A stretch of DNA of 64,000 nt from Coniocarpon cinnabarinum (GCA_051942205.1 JAVECO010000021.1:1-64000); one strand, 5' to 3'; positions 12,685-26,718 are shown, counted from the first letter of the stretch. The notes: generated by a model from the letters alone, not told the origin. A program made the numbers and translations.

Positions 12685-14694
12685 ATGCACCACTCATCAG
12701 CACTTTGGTCACTGCTTGTGCTCCTGGTCATGTTATCCCAGACTTGCTTTGGTGCACCATCGCAGTATGTCGCCCATGATCGGAGGCAGGCAACCGACCT
12801 CACTTTCGAGTATATCGTCGTGGGCAGTGGCGCTGGCGGTGGCCCTCTGGCAAGTCGGCTAGCTCGAGCAGGCCATAGCGTCCTACTCATCGAGTCTGGC
12901 GACGACCAAGGGGCCAGCAATAACAACGTCTCGGTGCCTGGATATCAAGCAGCTGTTACACAGGATCCGCAGATCCGATGGGACTTCTTCGTCAATCATT
13001 ACCAGGACCAGTCGCGCGCTCAACGAGACCCCAAATACACGTATGATGCGGGCGGTAATGATTATGTGGGACTCAACCCACCGCCAGGTGCAACACCCAA
13101 GGGAATCCTGTAAGCCTAATATTTGCCTTGCAGTCGTTGACATGGAAACCTCGCTCACCTCGGATCCCTCAGCTATCCACGAGCTGGCACTCTTGGCGGT
13201 TGCGTCTCGCACAATGCCCTCATCTGGATCACGCCACACGCATCAGATTGGGACAACATTGCAAGCATCACCGGAGACAGCTCCTGGTCGTCGTCCAACA
13301 TGGATCAATACCTCGATCGGGTATACGAGTGGCAGCCAACGGTTCCGACTGATCCTCTCATTCTCACGCGAGACCTGATGCTTACGCAACATCTCGTGGG
13401 CGGCGCGGCGGTCGCGGGTGTCGGTCCCACCCCACTCAATGCCGTCACTGGGCTTGCCTCGATCCTGCTGAATGATCCCAACGCGCGGACGCCAGGTCGC
13501 GATGCCGCGGAGAACTTTTACCAGATTCCCCTAATTCAGCGAGGTGGAGCTCGCTATTCGGTCCGCGAAAGAATCACGGAGACCTTTGGCGCCGGATACC
13601 CCCTCACCGTTCGCACTAATTGCTTCGTTACCAAGGTTGTCTTCGACACTTCTGGACCGACACCCAGAGCAACTGGCGTGGAATTTCTTGATGGTGATCA
13701 TCTGTATCGGGCCTCCCCGCTCTCTGGCAGTGTGGGTACGCCCGGCTCTGCTTCCGCCACCCAAGAGGTCGTCCTCGCCGGGGGAACCTACAACACCGTC
13801 CAGATGCTCAAACTCAGCGGCATCGGCCCCCAAGCCGAGCTGGACTCTTTCGGTATTCCCGTCCTCGTCAACCAACCAGCTCTCGGCACCAACATGCAAG
13901 ACCGGTACGAGATCCCGGTCAACACCATCCATCCGAATGATTTCTCGATTCTCGATGGTTGCACTTTCGACATGAAGCCCCACGATCGGTGCTACCAGCA
14001 GTGGCTCAACAACCCCGACATCCTCGCCCTGCGCGGCGCCTACGCCACGAACGGTCTCGCAGCGGCCTTCTCCGTCAACAGCCAGACTGCGGACAATTCC
14101 GACATCGATCTCTACCTCTTCGGCGCCCCAGCAGAGTTTACGGGATACTTCCCGCAGTGGGGCGATGCGGCCGTGGCTCAGCACTCGCACTTCTCGTGGT
14201 ACACACTCAAGGCGCACACTCGCAACCACGCCGGCACGGTCCAGCTCGCTTCCGCGGACCCCCTCGATACGCCGATCATTAACTTTAATTATTTCGACAC
14301 GGGCACGACTGAGAATGGCGCTGACGCTAAGGACGTCGCTGCTCTCGTTGAGGCAATTGGGCTTTCTCGTGAAGCGCTCCGGCAGTACCATACCTATGAT
14401 ATCTTGGGTGGCACAAACTTCACGGAGGAGTATCCCGGTGCCGATGTCACGTCCGATGCGGATCTGGAAGACTACATCAAGACGCATGCGTGGGGCCATC
14501 ACGCGTGCTGCACGGCGCCCATCGGGGCCGATGGAGCCGAAGGCGCCGTGCTGGATAGTCAATTTCGTGTGCAGGGAACGCGGGGGCTACGAGTCGTTGA
14601 TGCGAGTGTTTTTCCGCGCATTCCTGGTATTTTCATTCAGGCGCCAATTTTTATGGTAGCGGAGAAAGCGGCAGACGTGATCCTGAATGGATGA
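12685..14694 (+). CDS. Secreted GMC oxidoreductase (AA3 / choline dehydrogenase-like)
   Basis: Signal peptide; FAD motif YIVVGSGAGG; intron 13110-13172 joins GIL|YPRAGTLGGC; C-terminal WGHHACCT and LRVVDASVFP. Confidence 0.9.
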
Positions 14695-17600
14695 CATGGG
14701 TATGCTTTGTGGGGAGTCGAGCGATGATGTGACGTTGCGATACGAAATTGGTTCCGTGCCATGTTAAGTTCGGTATCTGGCTGAGTACTTATTAATGAAA
14801 TCGATTGGCGGATCTCTTGCGAGTCGAGACGCTCACATCTTGAACGTTGTACACTGGGGATGTCGTGGTGTTGATCTCATCGTCCTGTGATGTGTGTCCG
14901 TTAGCTACGCTTAAAGTCTAATGCAATGATCGAGATAGCGATAGAGATCTTCATCATTGTTTTGTCAGCTTCACTGCATTGTTTGCGTTAAGCAAATTCA
15001 CTTGGTCAAGGTTGCGGAAGAGTTGGCCAGAAGCCAAATCCCCTTTGCGTTCAACCTGGTCTTCATTGGCATGAAACCAGACTTGTATTTTGGAAAAGCG
15101 ATGTGAAGCGATGCTATTTGCAGCCGGTTTTGTACAGCTGCCAAAGTCATCTCAGTGCTTCACGCAGGCATTGTGCTATTTAAGTTCAGCGGTGAAGGCT
15201 GTAACGTATGATCTGTTCAATCACGAGCTTGTCGAGAGAGTAATTTGCGCCCATTTTCTCGTTGAGGAGCCTTTGAAGAATTAGACGTGACTGTGACATA
15301 GAAAACGTGCTGTCAAACTGAGAATATGGCTTCTTTGTCACGTTGATGTCTTGATGTGATAGCAAGCATTATTGAGGCTGGGATGGCGATAGTCATCATC
15401 CAAGGCGTCGTGTCTTGCAAGTTTAACTTGTCCGGGAAAGCGGAATATGCAATGAGACTTGGAACAATCCCCTGTTTCCCGTCCGAAAAGTTCATTCGGT
15501 GTTGTCCTGAGTGGCTGTGTAGTTACTGCAATACATGCTCACATGAAGGTTCATGCAAGAGTTTTGGGGATACACGTGATTTTGTTGGATGCGAAATGAG
15601 CTCGATCTTCCAGCAGACTGGATATACCAGGCAATGACATTATTTTCAAAAAATACAAGCAGGATGTTTTGCCAACCCACAGATGAGGGGATGCCCTACA
15701 TTTGGACCAGTGCGTCGCTAGTCCCTACTACAAGTAAAGTTGAGTAATAATCTGCACAGCCTAAGTGATGATGATAATAGCCAACAATACGTCTTGATCA
15801 TGCCAAGATGACAGAAGTTCCAAAGCGCAACCATCGACAGCAACAGTGTCTTTGCTAATCCCCTAATCGTGGTTCAGAGCAGGAATAAGGCATGCGTTGG
15901 TGTATTGAACAAAACTTTCCTGTTGATTCTTTACAAACATTGCTGTGACATGTTGCTGGTGCGCATGTGAGACTTGTCTCGGACATATTTTAACAGCTTG
16001 TAAATATGACGATACGCGATCGATGCGATTACTGAAAGTAACATGTAAAAGGTTTCTCATCAATCGAGGTAACCTGGGAATGGGTAAAGCCAGACGCTTA
16101 GGGGTTCTGCCTCAATACCCGAGCTGTACAGAAGCTTTTCATCATACTTGCTGTGATTGAAAGCTGTGCACGTACATACCCGATAGGATGATGACACATT
16201 TCATCATTGGTACGAAACTTCAGCTTTTCAAACCCACTTTATCCCCTGTAATGTTGTGACCGTTCCAACATGCTGGCGCGGCAGCTTCGTTGCAAAGCCG
16301 GTATGACACCGCATATATTCTGATATACTGCGTGCTGATGTAAGCAAGAGTTTAAGAGCACCTGTACATCTGAGAACTTCCGTGACATCGCGGTGCGAAA
16401 GCAAGACTGAATTACGCTAGATGAGCATTTTGTTACTCTTTTCGCACCCTCGAATTGCTTTTCAGTCGGTGTGAACTGCAAAGAGCAAACGTCCGGAGCA
16501 TCAGGACTCTGCAGGGCTTTAACGTCACACATGTGCCTTGATCAGCTTCAGCTAATTTCTCAATTATGAGATTTACAGCTTGATCTCAATGGCTGTGCTG
16601 ATGCTCATCGACGTTTTGACTTTTGTGGAGAACATATCTCAACTGTTTGTGGACCAGAGCTGTCTGCTTGAGATTCTTGACACAGAAATCTCAGATCCCC
16701 TCCACCTGACTCCGACCCAGGTACACTCAAGAGATTGTCAGCTGCACTTTGGCAGAAAGCTCGTGGCAACAAGGACTCAAAGCCCAAGCATCGATCTTGT
16801 GACATTAGCAGCATCAAAGCCAAGATGACTAAGGGTATAATTAGTCATTGCTAATCATGAGAGCTTCCTATGAGGACGATTTCCGGTTACGAGACAGGTG
16901 GACAATCAACTAAGCGGCAGGTCCATTACTTTGTCCAGAACGCGCGATTAGTTCTGACAGTACCATGCGATTGTCATTGCGCAATGCTTACATGAGTGCA
17001 ATGCGCAGAATCAGCAAATGAAGCTGGCGAGCATCTCCGCCGCGGAATGGCAAAGCACGCAGTGCGCAGATGTGAGGGTGTTTAAAAGACATGTCTGGCG
17101 AGCATTTTGCCCCTCCTAGCGGATATACTGTCACGCTTTTATGCCTCCTCATTCATGAAGCGCTTGCCAAGCACAAAACCGTTGTACGAAGTATAGCTAA
17201 GCTGCGACTTGAGTGGCACGGAAGAGCTTTTGCTTGATCGAGACAAAAACATGTGACACGTGGAAGTCTATGATCAAGGTATTGGGGAAGTACAATGTAG
17301 AGAAGGCCAGTACACATAAAGATAGAATATTTCTCTTCAAAATCTAGCACAGGGTGATGCTAAGCAGTATCGATACGAAAGCCGCGAGCTTCGAAAGTCT
17401 TTCTCATTGAGACTTGATCTTCGTTGACAGAAGTGTACATACGCCCCTGGGATGACCCTACACACATAGGTTAAAGCTGCATTAATGTACAGTGCCTCTT
17501 GGTTCAGCGTTGTGAATATTTTTTGCCAGACTCAGCGTCACGATCTTCGTCCTTTGCCCCTAGACAAGAGCGTGCGCAAAAGCTCCCGCAGAGACGCACG

Positions 17601-20600
17601 CCACGCTGTAGGCTCGGGCACGTGTGCATTGGAAGCAACAAATACCAACACATAGCTGATTTTCGACATGCGACACTTGCAGCTGCGTCATGAGACTCTT
17701 GCGTATATCATAAAACGCTGTAGACAATTGGGTCAAGTACGAGGGGGGAAACTGTCCAGGTTCATAGAGCAAAGGTATTTTGACATGCGTACTCGCAACA
17801 TTAAGCAAAAGTGTGAGAGCAAACTCACTACAGCAACGATGACACGCTTCATTGTCGGGGCTTCAAACTAAAATTTTGTGATCAACATTACCGGAGAATC
17901 GCTGGAGACTGGAAGAGGGGCAAAGCATGGCGTAGCCGAATCAGAGCCTTAAGGTTTTCCGTGTGGGATATTACACGATGGTGCGATGTAAGCAGTTGAC
18001 GCGCTGCCGAAGAGCATGATCGTATTTAATGTAGTCGCATGATAATGCTTCGGTTAATTGATGCAGCTAGCAAAACGTTGAGGCAGGCTCTGGAAAATTT
18101 GTGTGGATAGTCAACCGGCCCCTCGGTTGTAGGTGATTCCGACTCAGTCACAGCTTCCATTGTCAATGATACTAGAAAACGAATTAAATAGATGGAAAAT
18201 AAATAAAAAGGCCACCTCGAAAGGAATAGAGACTTGAGCTAAACCTAATTAATGCTAGTCAGGAGATGCATCCTTGTTTGTTTATCCGGCCCCTTCTGCA
18301 GCCCTCATTTCTCCAAGCCTTTTCTCCCCAACACGAGGTCATCTATCCAGAGCTAACGACGCTCTACTTCCCTAAATCCAAAACTTTTGAACCGGGGGCG
18401 CCTCATCCCCAGGTATCACCAGGGGCTCGCCAAGAGGCCAGCTCCATGTGGAGTAGTCGAAAGTTACGTTTTAACTCGTGCGCAAAACGCGGCATAATGG
18501 TGATCTTTATCACCGTGAGAAAGCTGTTGTTCTGACATCTATCTTCGTCTCACGGTACTAGAGATGATCATTCGATCAAAAGCAAAATCGCCGTTGAAAC
18601 GCATTTGCCGCACTTGTATCGCAGGCAGGGGTGTGTCAAAAGCAGTATTGAACAAGCGCATGATAAGGGCTGCAGACTGAAGTCATTGCCGGATGTCTCC
18701 TGAAGTGAGCGACCTGAAAGTCTAAGGAAAGCGCCTTTGAGGAGCAAGATCAACTGGTTTTGCGGACAGGGGCATGGCGGCGAGACCTACCTCAGCCGTG
18801 CAAAGCACTGCATCATGATCCGACAAATGCTTTCGTCAGAGAACGCCATGAGCTGTATCACACACTTTATTGGTGTACAAAATCTTCATGTGGGCCTTGG
18901 AACAATGCTGACTTGCATCAGTTCATTTCATGTGGGTTCGGGCAGTCACTACGTCTTCGTGGACATTGATGAGGCCTTTTCGCTACCCAAGGGCTTTTCT
19001 GCCATCTTAAAGGTAAGGTGCTTGTAGCCTCTGCGCTCTTGATCTGGTCGCATAACGTTCCTGTCTTTGTCTGCGGGGGATATAAGCAAGCACTAGAAGA
19101 GTAGCAGGATCTAGCTGCCCGTGATCGTTCCCACAACAAAACACTAGCAAACTGCAATGAGATCAGTGGAGACCTAGCGGGGTAAACAGTTCGAAGTCTC
19201 TGTGAATGGAGGCATGTCTCACTTGCATTTCAATGATACCGTTGCAGGTGATGGGAACGACGATGAAGAGCAACACTGCCTAGCGGATGCCTCGCACTTG
19301 CGGCTCACTCAAAAGCACGGCAAGTATGACATATTGCCGTATGACATGCTATTCCCCCTGGGACAAGGTCATCGATGACAGTGTGACTGAACTCTTGTTC
19401 TAAGTTGCATTGGGAGCTCTCAACATGCTTGCACATCAGGCGATCTCTCACCTTTATCGCTGCATAATCTGGTGCTTCCACTGGAGGCTTTCCCGCATGA
19501 CAGACCACTCATTGAACAGCATCATGTTCAAATGGCAATGTAGCATGGCTGCAGGGGCTCTGTGTCGGCTGACTGGAACATCTGGAGTTCTGGATAGTCT
19601 TTCCTTCTGCTCATATCTGCTTAGAAGCACTACTAGAGATACTCACTATCGGTCGTAGTTTAAAGAGCGCTAGTACTCTGTCTCTACTTCGACTTCAAGG
19701 TCTTCGGAGACTAGGGCTGCTCTGAAAATGCGATGACTGGAGCAATAAGCGGTCGCGCAACTTTGCCCCCGGGTAAAATGTCTCCATCATGAAGTGAGTG
19801 ATAGCAAGCTTATGTTCCACTTCCTGTCCTAGACCTGTACCAACCGCACTTGTTTTATTCCACTGCGGAATGTTCGTAGGCCCTCAAGAAAATGCAAAGG
19901 CGTATCTAGACCTCTCTTAAGCTGACTGCATGCCAATCGAACATTTCTCAGGTGCGTGGCAAGTGAGCGCCAGGGCTTTCAGCTTCACCTTGGAGTATAG
20001 ATCACGACCCTATTTTCAGACTCTTCGAAGACTGTGGAATGAATTGGCATGGTTGATGATCTTCGTCGATATTTACCTGACATGCGTGGCAATCTCGCCA
20101 AGTTGATCACTCGTTCAACAGCGGCATTACTCGCCCCTTCCTAGGTGGGCTGGTCTCACAAGAATTCCGCTGCCTGACCTGTCACTTTGACTAAAAACAG
20201 CGCAGCTGCTTGGACTCCATTCTGTTATGTCTGCGGGCAAGATGAAATATCCGATTAGGACAGTGCTAAAGATGAAGTAGGTGGCGATAGAGTACAAGGC
20301 AGGGGAAGTACGGCACGACTTGGTGTGCACCTTGATAAACGTCGCTACTGGTCAATTTACTTACCACATGATGAAGATGGTCACCGTTGTCAATGACATA
20401 ACAATGCCATAGTTTTGATCTTATTCAGACTGAATTAGAATCAGTCTATTCTCGCAGGTATCCCCTGTGCTCCGCGTGTGGCATTTCAGAGTGGAGAAGC
20501 AATGACTATTACTGTCTATAGCAACGTCCTGCTTGTTCACGTCTACTAGGATCTTAAAGCTTGATTGCTCTGACATCATACGGGGCAGTGAACATGTCTG

Positions 20601-22153
20601 GTCTAGAACATCCTCAACTGGCGGAGAAGCGCAAGAGGCGAAGGAGCTCGAGCGAGCATTTTGATCAGGAGGGACTGTAGCCAGCAACCAGTGGAAGGGG
20701 TTTGGTTGTTAATGCCAAAGCTTTTGTCACAAGCATTGAAGCAAAGTTGCATTGACTTCGCTCTGCTGCGTGAGATGGAATCGCGATGATGACGATGATC
20801 ACATTCAAAGCACCATGGTGCCGACGATGTCCACTCAGTGCTTATGAAGCAGTCTAGCATCTTATCTTAGGAATATATACGACATCATGATGAACTGCAG
20901 GTCTTGTAAATATGTCATGCACTCTCTACGCCCCTATAGTCGTATACGTCGACGTCTAGCAAGCCAGAAAGCTATTGAATATCGGATATCGGATTCGACT
21001 CGTATTAGCGTATAAATATATAGCCAAGCCCGAAAGGCAACAGAACGAGCAGCTATTGTGTCACTACGGTGCTCATCGCTTATCTGCAATGACAGCAAGT
21101 ATGTTACAAAGTAGCTCTATATGCTCGGACCTGGCTGAAGAGAATCTGCAAGCGAGTTGAAAGGCAGTTTCACGAGGAGTGTCACGAGGGATGCACAATT
21201 CTTCAGGGGGGTCTGATGAGAAAGATCGCTTTCTGAAGATACCTCTTTTGGCGAGATGTTGTTTGAAATTTTCATTTTGGCACACCAATGCGCTGATGTC
21301 AAGCGTCATCGTCGTTCGAGTATGATGCGGTTGATACATCTCCACTGAGGGCTAGTGAATGAGATGCCGATCCTGTGCTGGAACCTTCACAATGGCCCCT
21401 CCATCCGATTCTGAATCGCTTATTCGACCGAGTTTGTCTGATTGGAACCCTGGCGTGTACATCGTACTAGATATTTTCATTTCGTGTGCCTTTACGGTGC
21501 GCCGCTTGTAGCAATCATGTGGCCTGTCGCCGCCTTCATTGTTCTTTGCAAATGCAAGCAAGTCAGGATTGATCACAGAATTACAGAAAGGCCAGTCCAG
21601 TAGCAGGGGATTGCTTTGCAGCCTGGTACATTTCCCTTGATGTAAAATTGCTGCTCTGCTTCAACAGATACACATGGCGCAATAGTGCTGACCTTCCCCA
21701 CTTGATTTTCGTATTTACAAATGTAATATTGTATTGAGAGGCCAAAGCGAGGCTCATATCCCCCCTGTGCCAGCGCCTTGTTTTTCCACTGTTTCTTCAA
21801 GCGATTCTTTGCGCTTTCTCGTCCCACGAAGGGCAAGTCGTTGAATTGTAGGAAATTCGCAGCCAGGGCTGACTGATGCGTTCTTCACTTGCTTAGAGCA
21901 TCACATGCTTAGCAGCGTAGTCCTGAGATGGTGCTCAGTAGCCGCGTGTAACATTAAGAGATTGCGTGACGGCATTATAAAGCGGCGTGGCTGGTATCAA
22001 CCTCTCCAAGCTGTCTTTGCGTCACGCTCACTGAGCTGTTTTCCGACTCGTATTATCAGAGTTCAGTGAGGTTCTGCCGATGGAAAATAATAACAAACTT
22101 GTACGAGACTTACTCAACAATGGTCATGTCAGCTGCTATAGCCGTTCGAAACA

Positions 22154-23867
22154 TCAAGCGCTCAGTTCATGTGCCGCGTGATCCCCAGGCACTTCCTGTA
22201 CAGTCTGCCGTTGCACGCCAACGTTGCCCGACGAATCTTGCACAGTCTTCCCAAACAATTGTCGACCTTCCACCTCCTGCGGCTCAGCTGGTATCAGCAC
22301 CTCCTTGTTCTCTGCTGTAGCGTGCGCATGTTCGCCAGGTGCCACTTCCGGTAGCACGGGAGGCACTCTATATCTTCGCCACAGCAGTACTCCTGCAACA
22401 ATAACGAATGCAGCCATTACCATGGACCCCATTACTGCACCAGCAATGGCTCCGCGACTAATCTTGTGTAATTTTGAGCTTGGTTTCGGTGGCGCAGGAG
22501 CAGGGGTGCTAGTGCTGTTGCAGACGGGCACGAGATCTTCTTCGTCTGTCGGATTGGCTTTCCAGAGGGTCCATGTACCAGCGTCTTGATTGACCATTAG
22601 ATATGCAGCCGACAAAAAAGCACGTCCAAGAATGGATTGATCGTATGCATTCTGTTCTGTAAAACTATTGATAAGAACTTCAGATTGAGACCAGTTGCCC
22701 ACGGTGACTTCACCAGTATCGTTGTCGATCGAACGGTCAGGTAGGACGAGTTGGCTGTTACTGATGGTCGGGTTCAGGCCTCCGGAGAGTTGGACGGTCA
22801 TGTCACCGTCGAAGCTACATTTGTCAGCATTTCTCGCCGTTGACTTCGCTCGTTCGATTGGTACCTACACATCATCGGCAGGATAATTTGTGCCATAAAA
22901 GTAGAGGCCAGCCGACCTCCCAACACTACTCGTGCCTGTCGCCTGTTCAAATTGGTTGAATATACCACCGTTTACATCAATGGCAACAACCCAGTCGGGG
23001 CGCACGCAGGCAGAGAAACTCTGCCCGCCGCTCACTACACTTGCACTCGTGCCGTTCGCAAACTTCAGTTCCAGATCGTTGATGTCTACGACAATGCCGG
23101 TAGGACAGTTTGAGACTGGGCCGAGAGTTCTAGTGATGTTGGGTCCAGTCACTTTCGCTCGATCATATCCCCCAAACACCAGACTGCCGTCTTGACTTGT
23201 CTCAGCCGTGGGACCATCTTTGCCCCACCAGAACGACCAAACCTTGGAGGAAATATGCCCCTGTTGCTGCATCAACGGAAGTGTCCACGAGTCTGGGCCA
23301 AGACCAAAGGTGTTAGTTGGGTGCAGACTGGTCGTGTAAGACTCAGCTACGCCAAAAGGGTTCTGCTCAAGACTGACGCCAGACTTGAACGTGAAGGTGT
23401 CAGTATACCACTGGGAGACGTTGACCGCATTGCTGTCATTAGTATGCGGAACATCAGCTGCTGCCAGCGTGGAGGACTGTGAGCTATTGAATTGGCCGCC
23501 ATTGGTTGAGGCGCAAGCGATTTGCGATTGCGACCCTTCCGGACACGGCATCTGACCCTCATACAGCCATGTTGCTTGGTAAGGCCTTAAATATTTGTTA
23601 GCCCTCAGAGTGAGGTTGACAGTAATCTGAGAAAACAGTGACCAGATCATACCATGTTGGAAGGAACGAGAGCTGTTGTGGAGGCGTACCCACTTGCACA
23701 GGTATGCCACGGATCGATGCGCCTTTGGCGATGCTCACGTTCTTGATGGGAACCGAGAATACTTTATCACTTTGACATTCTGTCTGCTGTGCAAAAACTG
23801 TATGCACAAGAGCTAAGGCAACTATACTGACCTCCGCCAGTCGTGAAGGCATTGGCGTCTGAGACAT
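22154..23867 (-). CDS. Aspartic-peptidase (A1)-fold type I membrane protein
   Basis: Signal peptide; VQVGTPPQ; GSLVFGGYDRAK; ILGRAFLSAAYL; single TM (GAIAGAVMG...LLW). Introns 23586-23652 and 22815-22868. Confidence 0.85.
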
Positions 23868-25061
23868 AATACTCCTCGATGTGCCGGGATTGCCAGCAAG
23901 TGTTCAGACCAACAGACACGAGGTGACACGTTATCACCGCTGTCGTATCACAACATCCAGGCAAATTTTCAGACGTTCTAGTCTTTTGTTAGGAACTTAG
24001 TAGATGACTCTATCGGAGACGTCAAAATATGGGCGGTGCTCAGCCCCCCCGGCGAGGGTCCATTGCGGTGCTTATGCGAGTAAGCATGATCTCCACGGCT
24101 TCCAATGCGGCCCCTAGACCTAGTACCAGACCCGTTAGGTTGCAGGCGGGAAGACATGCTACTAGCCTCTTGCATGTGTTTTAGACAAGGTCACGCTCGT
24201 CACTGACATCGGCCGCCAGACTCATCAGCTGCTGGCAGAGACAGAGAGGGATTGCAGGACAAAACAAGCAAAGAAATCGAGAGCGAAGGCGATCCTTGCG
24301 AGATCACAAAACCTTCCAGACTACAGCAGGAGCAGCTTGACAAATTGTTAGCACGCATGCTGATTTCGCTCCTACAGCGACGAGGCAGAAAGCCAAGCTG
24401 TTTCCAGAAATTCTGTTGCCTATCCTGAGCAGGTATTATCTATTAAGGGGCCGGGGTAGGATAGCAAAGGTCGTAGAGAATAAATTAGGAAATGTTTGGA
24501 AGACCCTCCGCACAATCATTATGTAATCAGATGAGTCGCGAATGAACGTGGCCATAGTTTGATCGAAAGATCGAGCCTAGGATTAAGACTTTCGACAAAG
24601 TCGGGTGAATTTTAGGTTCTGGCGTTTGCGTTACGACTTCGGCACGTTCGGATGTGGGCGCATCCCAACCTCTGACTCGTGTCCCTAGTAATGACAGCGA
24701 GAGTCACAAAGAAGAGTCGTAACCGACGCGGCCGAAATCCAGTCTAGGTAGCAAGCCTCTACGCTGAGAAGACCTCAGACCACTAGCCATCAATACAGTG
24801 GCGAGAGGCTCCTGCATCTAAGCTGACCTCGAAACGCTGATGTTTAGAACGTCAGTGCAACGGAAGTTTTTATTGTTGTATTTTTTGAATCGTATCTAAT
24901 ATGAAGACAGGACCACTGATCATGTCAAGACGCAGCTTTACAGGACATCATGTTTTCAGCGAAGCAAACGCTGTGATCACTATTGTACAGGTAAGATTGA
25001 TCTATCTTTTCTGGCACCACGCGCACCTCAGATTATCCCTCTCGGGATTCTGCAGGACTTT

Positions 25062-26579
25062 TTAAAGATCCTCGGGAATGTCAGCTGGCTTAGTGTAAGG
25101 TTCGAGGCGCCCGACAAGCTCCTCAACGCTCATCTCGCTTTCGCCGTCCCACATGGCTGAGCTCATGCCAGAGTCGCCATGGCTATGCGGCGGAACCAAG
25201 ACGTTGTTGATCTCGTGGACCACTCCGTCCTGAGCAACGCCGTCGGACCTGATGACATGCGTGTAACCGTTGATCGTAATGTCAATCAATCGTCCATAGC
25301 GTGAAACGTCAATCGCCAAACTCTTGTCCTCGAGGACGGTTTCGAGATCGAAGTGCTTGTAGCCACGAGGGGGCCCACGACCACCATTCGTAAGGGTTTG
25401 CTCGGATGAGTCACGTCCATCGAGGTAGTAGTCAGAATACAAAGTCTGATCCGCCACGATGTGGTACTCTAGTAGCGCCTTGAGATACTTGAGTCCTCGA
25501 GGGCTGAACAAAAATGCATTGGCACCAGGCCCGAGCTTTTGGAAGGCGTAGTTCGCTGGGGCAAACAATGTGCCGCCAGTGTGCTCCGTGCCGTTGATGG
25601 CATCAAAGAGGCCAGTCTTGATCAAGCCCAGCTCCAAAGTGGAGAACTCTTCAGGCAGCAGGTCAACAATTTTGAGGACAGGCGGTGGCGGGAGGATGAG
25701 CGAGTCAACACCGTGAATGACGCCGTTCGATCCGAAGATGTTCACCGCAATGATTCGGCTGTAGTAGTTGACAGTCAAGCCGCGGAAGGAGATCTCAGTT
25801 CCAAGACGTTGTGCCGTCGGCTCCTTGGCGAGGTGTTCGGACTTGAGGAATGTGGGAATCGTCCGGGTGGCAAGTACACGACCGGCTGGGTAGAAGTCGG
25901 GACTGACGTGGTAGGAAAGAATCTTCTTTAGGGCTTCCTTGGACAGCTTGGGTTCGTCTTTCGGTCTTCGCTCATAAGCTTTCTTGAAAGCCTCGTCAGT
26001 TGGGGCAAAGACGGTGTAGTGCGCGTCAGTACTGTTGAGGGCTTCAACAATATCTGGGTAGTCATCAATGAGGGTGCGAAGCTTGGTTGTGTATTTGCTC
26101 TTCGCAATGAGCTGATAAACAGTCTCATTGCCTTTGTGATGGCCGTGGTGTCCCTCGCTTGTCTCCGACTTTTCATGTGCTAGCTGTGACTCGTCGCTAC
26201 GGTGGCGCTCAAAGATACCGAAGAGATCAGCAGTGAGTATGTCATCAGACTCGGTGTTGATCCACGCCTGAGCATCGAAGTATTCTTCGGAAAGCTCGTG
26301 GGCAGCTTCAGAGACACCGGCCGATACCTTTGAGAGGGCCTCATCCAGGGACTTGTGTGCTGAGCGTTTGTACTCGCCGAATGAGTCTCGCACACGGTCA
26401 GCAACGCTGTCGATCTCGTCGTCTACAGCATCAATGAGCTGGCGGGTGGAGGGCAGACGGGCCACAAAAGAATCAGCTTTCTCAGAAGTCTGGATCTCGA
26501 CCTGGGCAAGAACATCTTGATCAGGCAGCACAAAGGCAGAAGAAACAGCAGCCAGCTGCAAGAGAACAGAGGTCTTCAT
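25062..26579 (-). CDS. Secreted fasciclin (two FAS1 domains) protein
   Basis: MKTSVLL signal peptide; YTVFAPTDEAF...NGVIHGVDSL and TLFAPANYAF...DGVVHEINNVL. Confidence 0.92.
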   Translation of the reverse strand: MKTSVLLQLAAVSSAFVLPDQDVLAQVEIQTSEKADSFVARLPSTRQLIDAVDDEIDSVADRVRDSFGEYKRSAHKSLDEALSKVSAGVSEAAHELSEEYFDAQAWINTESDDILTADLFGIFERHRSDESQLAHEKSETSEGHHGHHKGNETVYQLIAKSKYTTKLRTLIDDYPDIVEALNSTDAHYTVFAPTDEAFKKAYERRPKDEPKLSKEALKKILSYHVSPDFYPAGRVLATRTIPTFLKSEHLAKEPTAQRLGTEISFRGLTVNYYSRIIAVNIFGSNGVIHGVDSLILPPPPVLKIVDLLPEEFSTLELGLIKTGLFDAINGTEHTGGTLFAPANYAFQKLGPGANAFLFSPRGLKYLKALLEYHIVADQTLYSDYYLDGRDSSEQTLTNGGRGPPRGYKHFDLETVLEDKSLAIDVSRYGRLIDITINGYTHVIRSDGVAQDGVVHEINNVLVPPHSHGDSGMSSAMWDGESEMSVEELVGRLEPYTKPADIPEDL

Positions 26580-26718
26580 CTTGCTTGATGCAGATGGAGG
26601 AAACAGAACAGAGAGGGGAGGAAGGAACAGCAAGTAAACGGAGAGCGGACGGGAGAGGTAGAGGGCTTGGTCAGCACTGCATAACGACCTACGGTAGTGG
26701 ATGGAAACGCAGATGCAT

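Noticed and set aside
13531..14562. 343-aa antisense ORF within the GMC gene
   Set aside because: Shadow ORF explained by strong GC3 codon bias on the sense strand.
14700..22100. Intact transposon or Starship-type element
   Set aside because: No transposase, reverse transcriptase or tyrosine recombinase motifs, terminal repeats or target-site duplication recognised.
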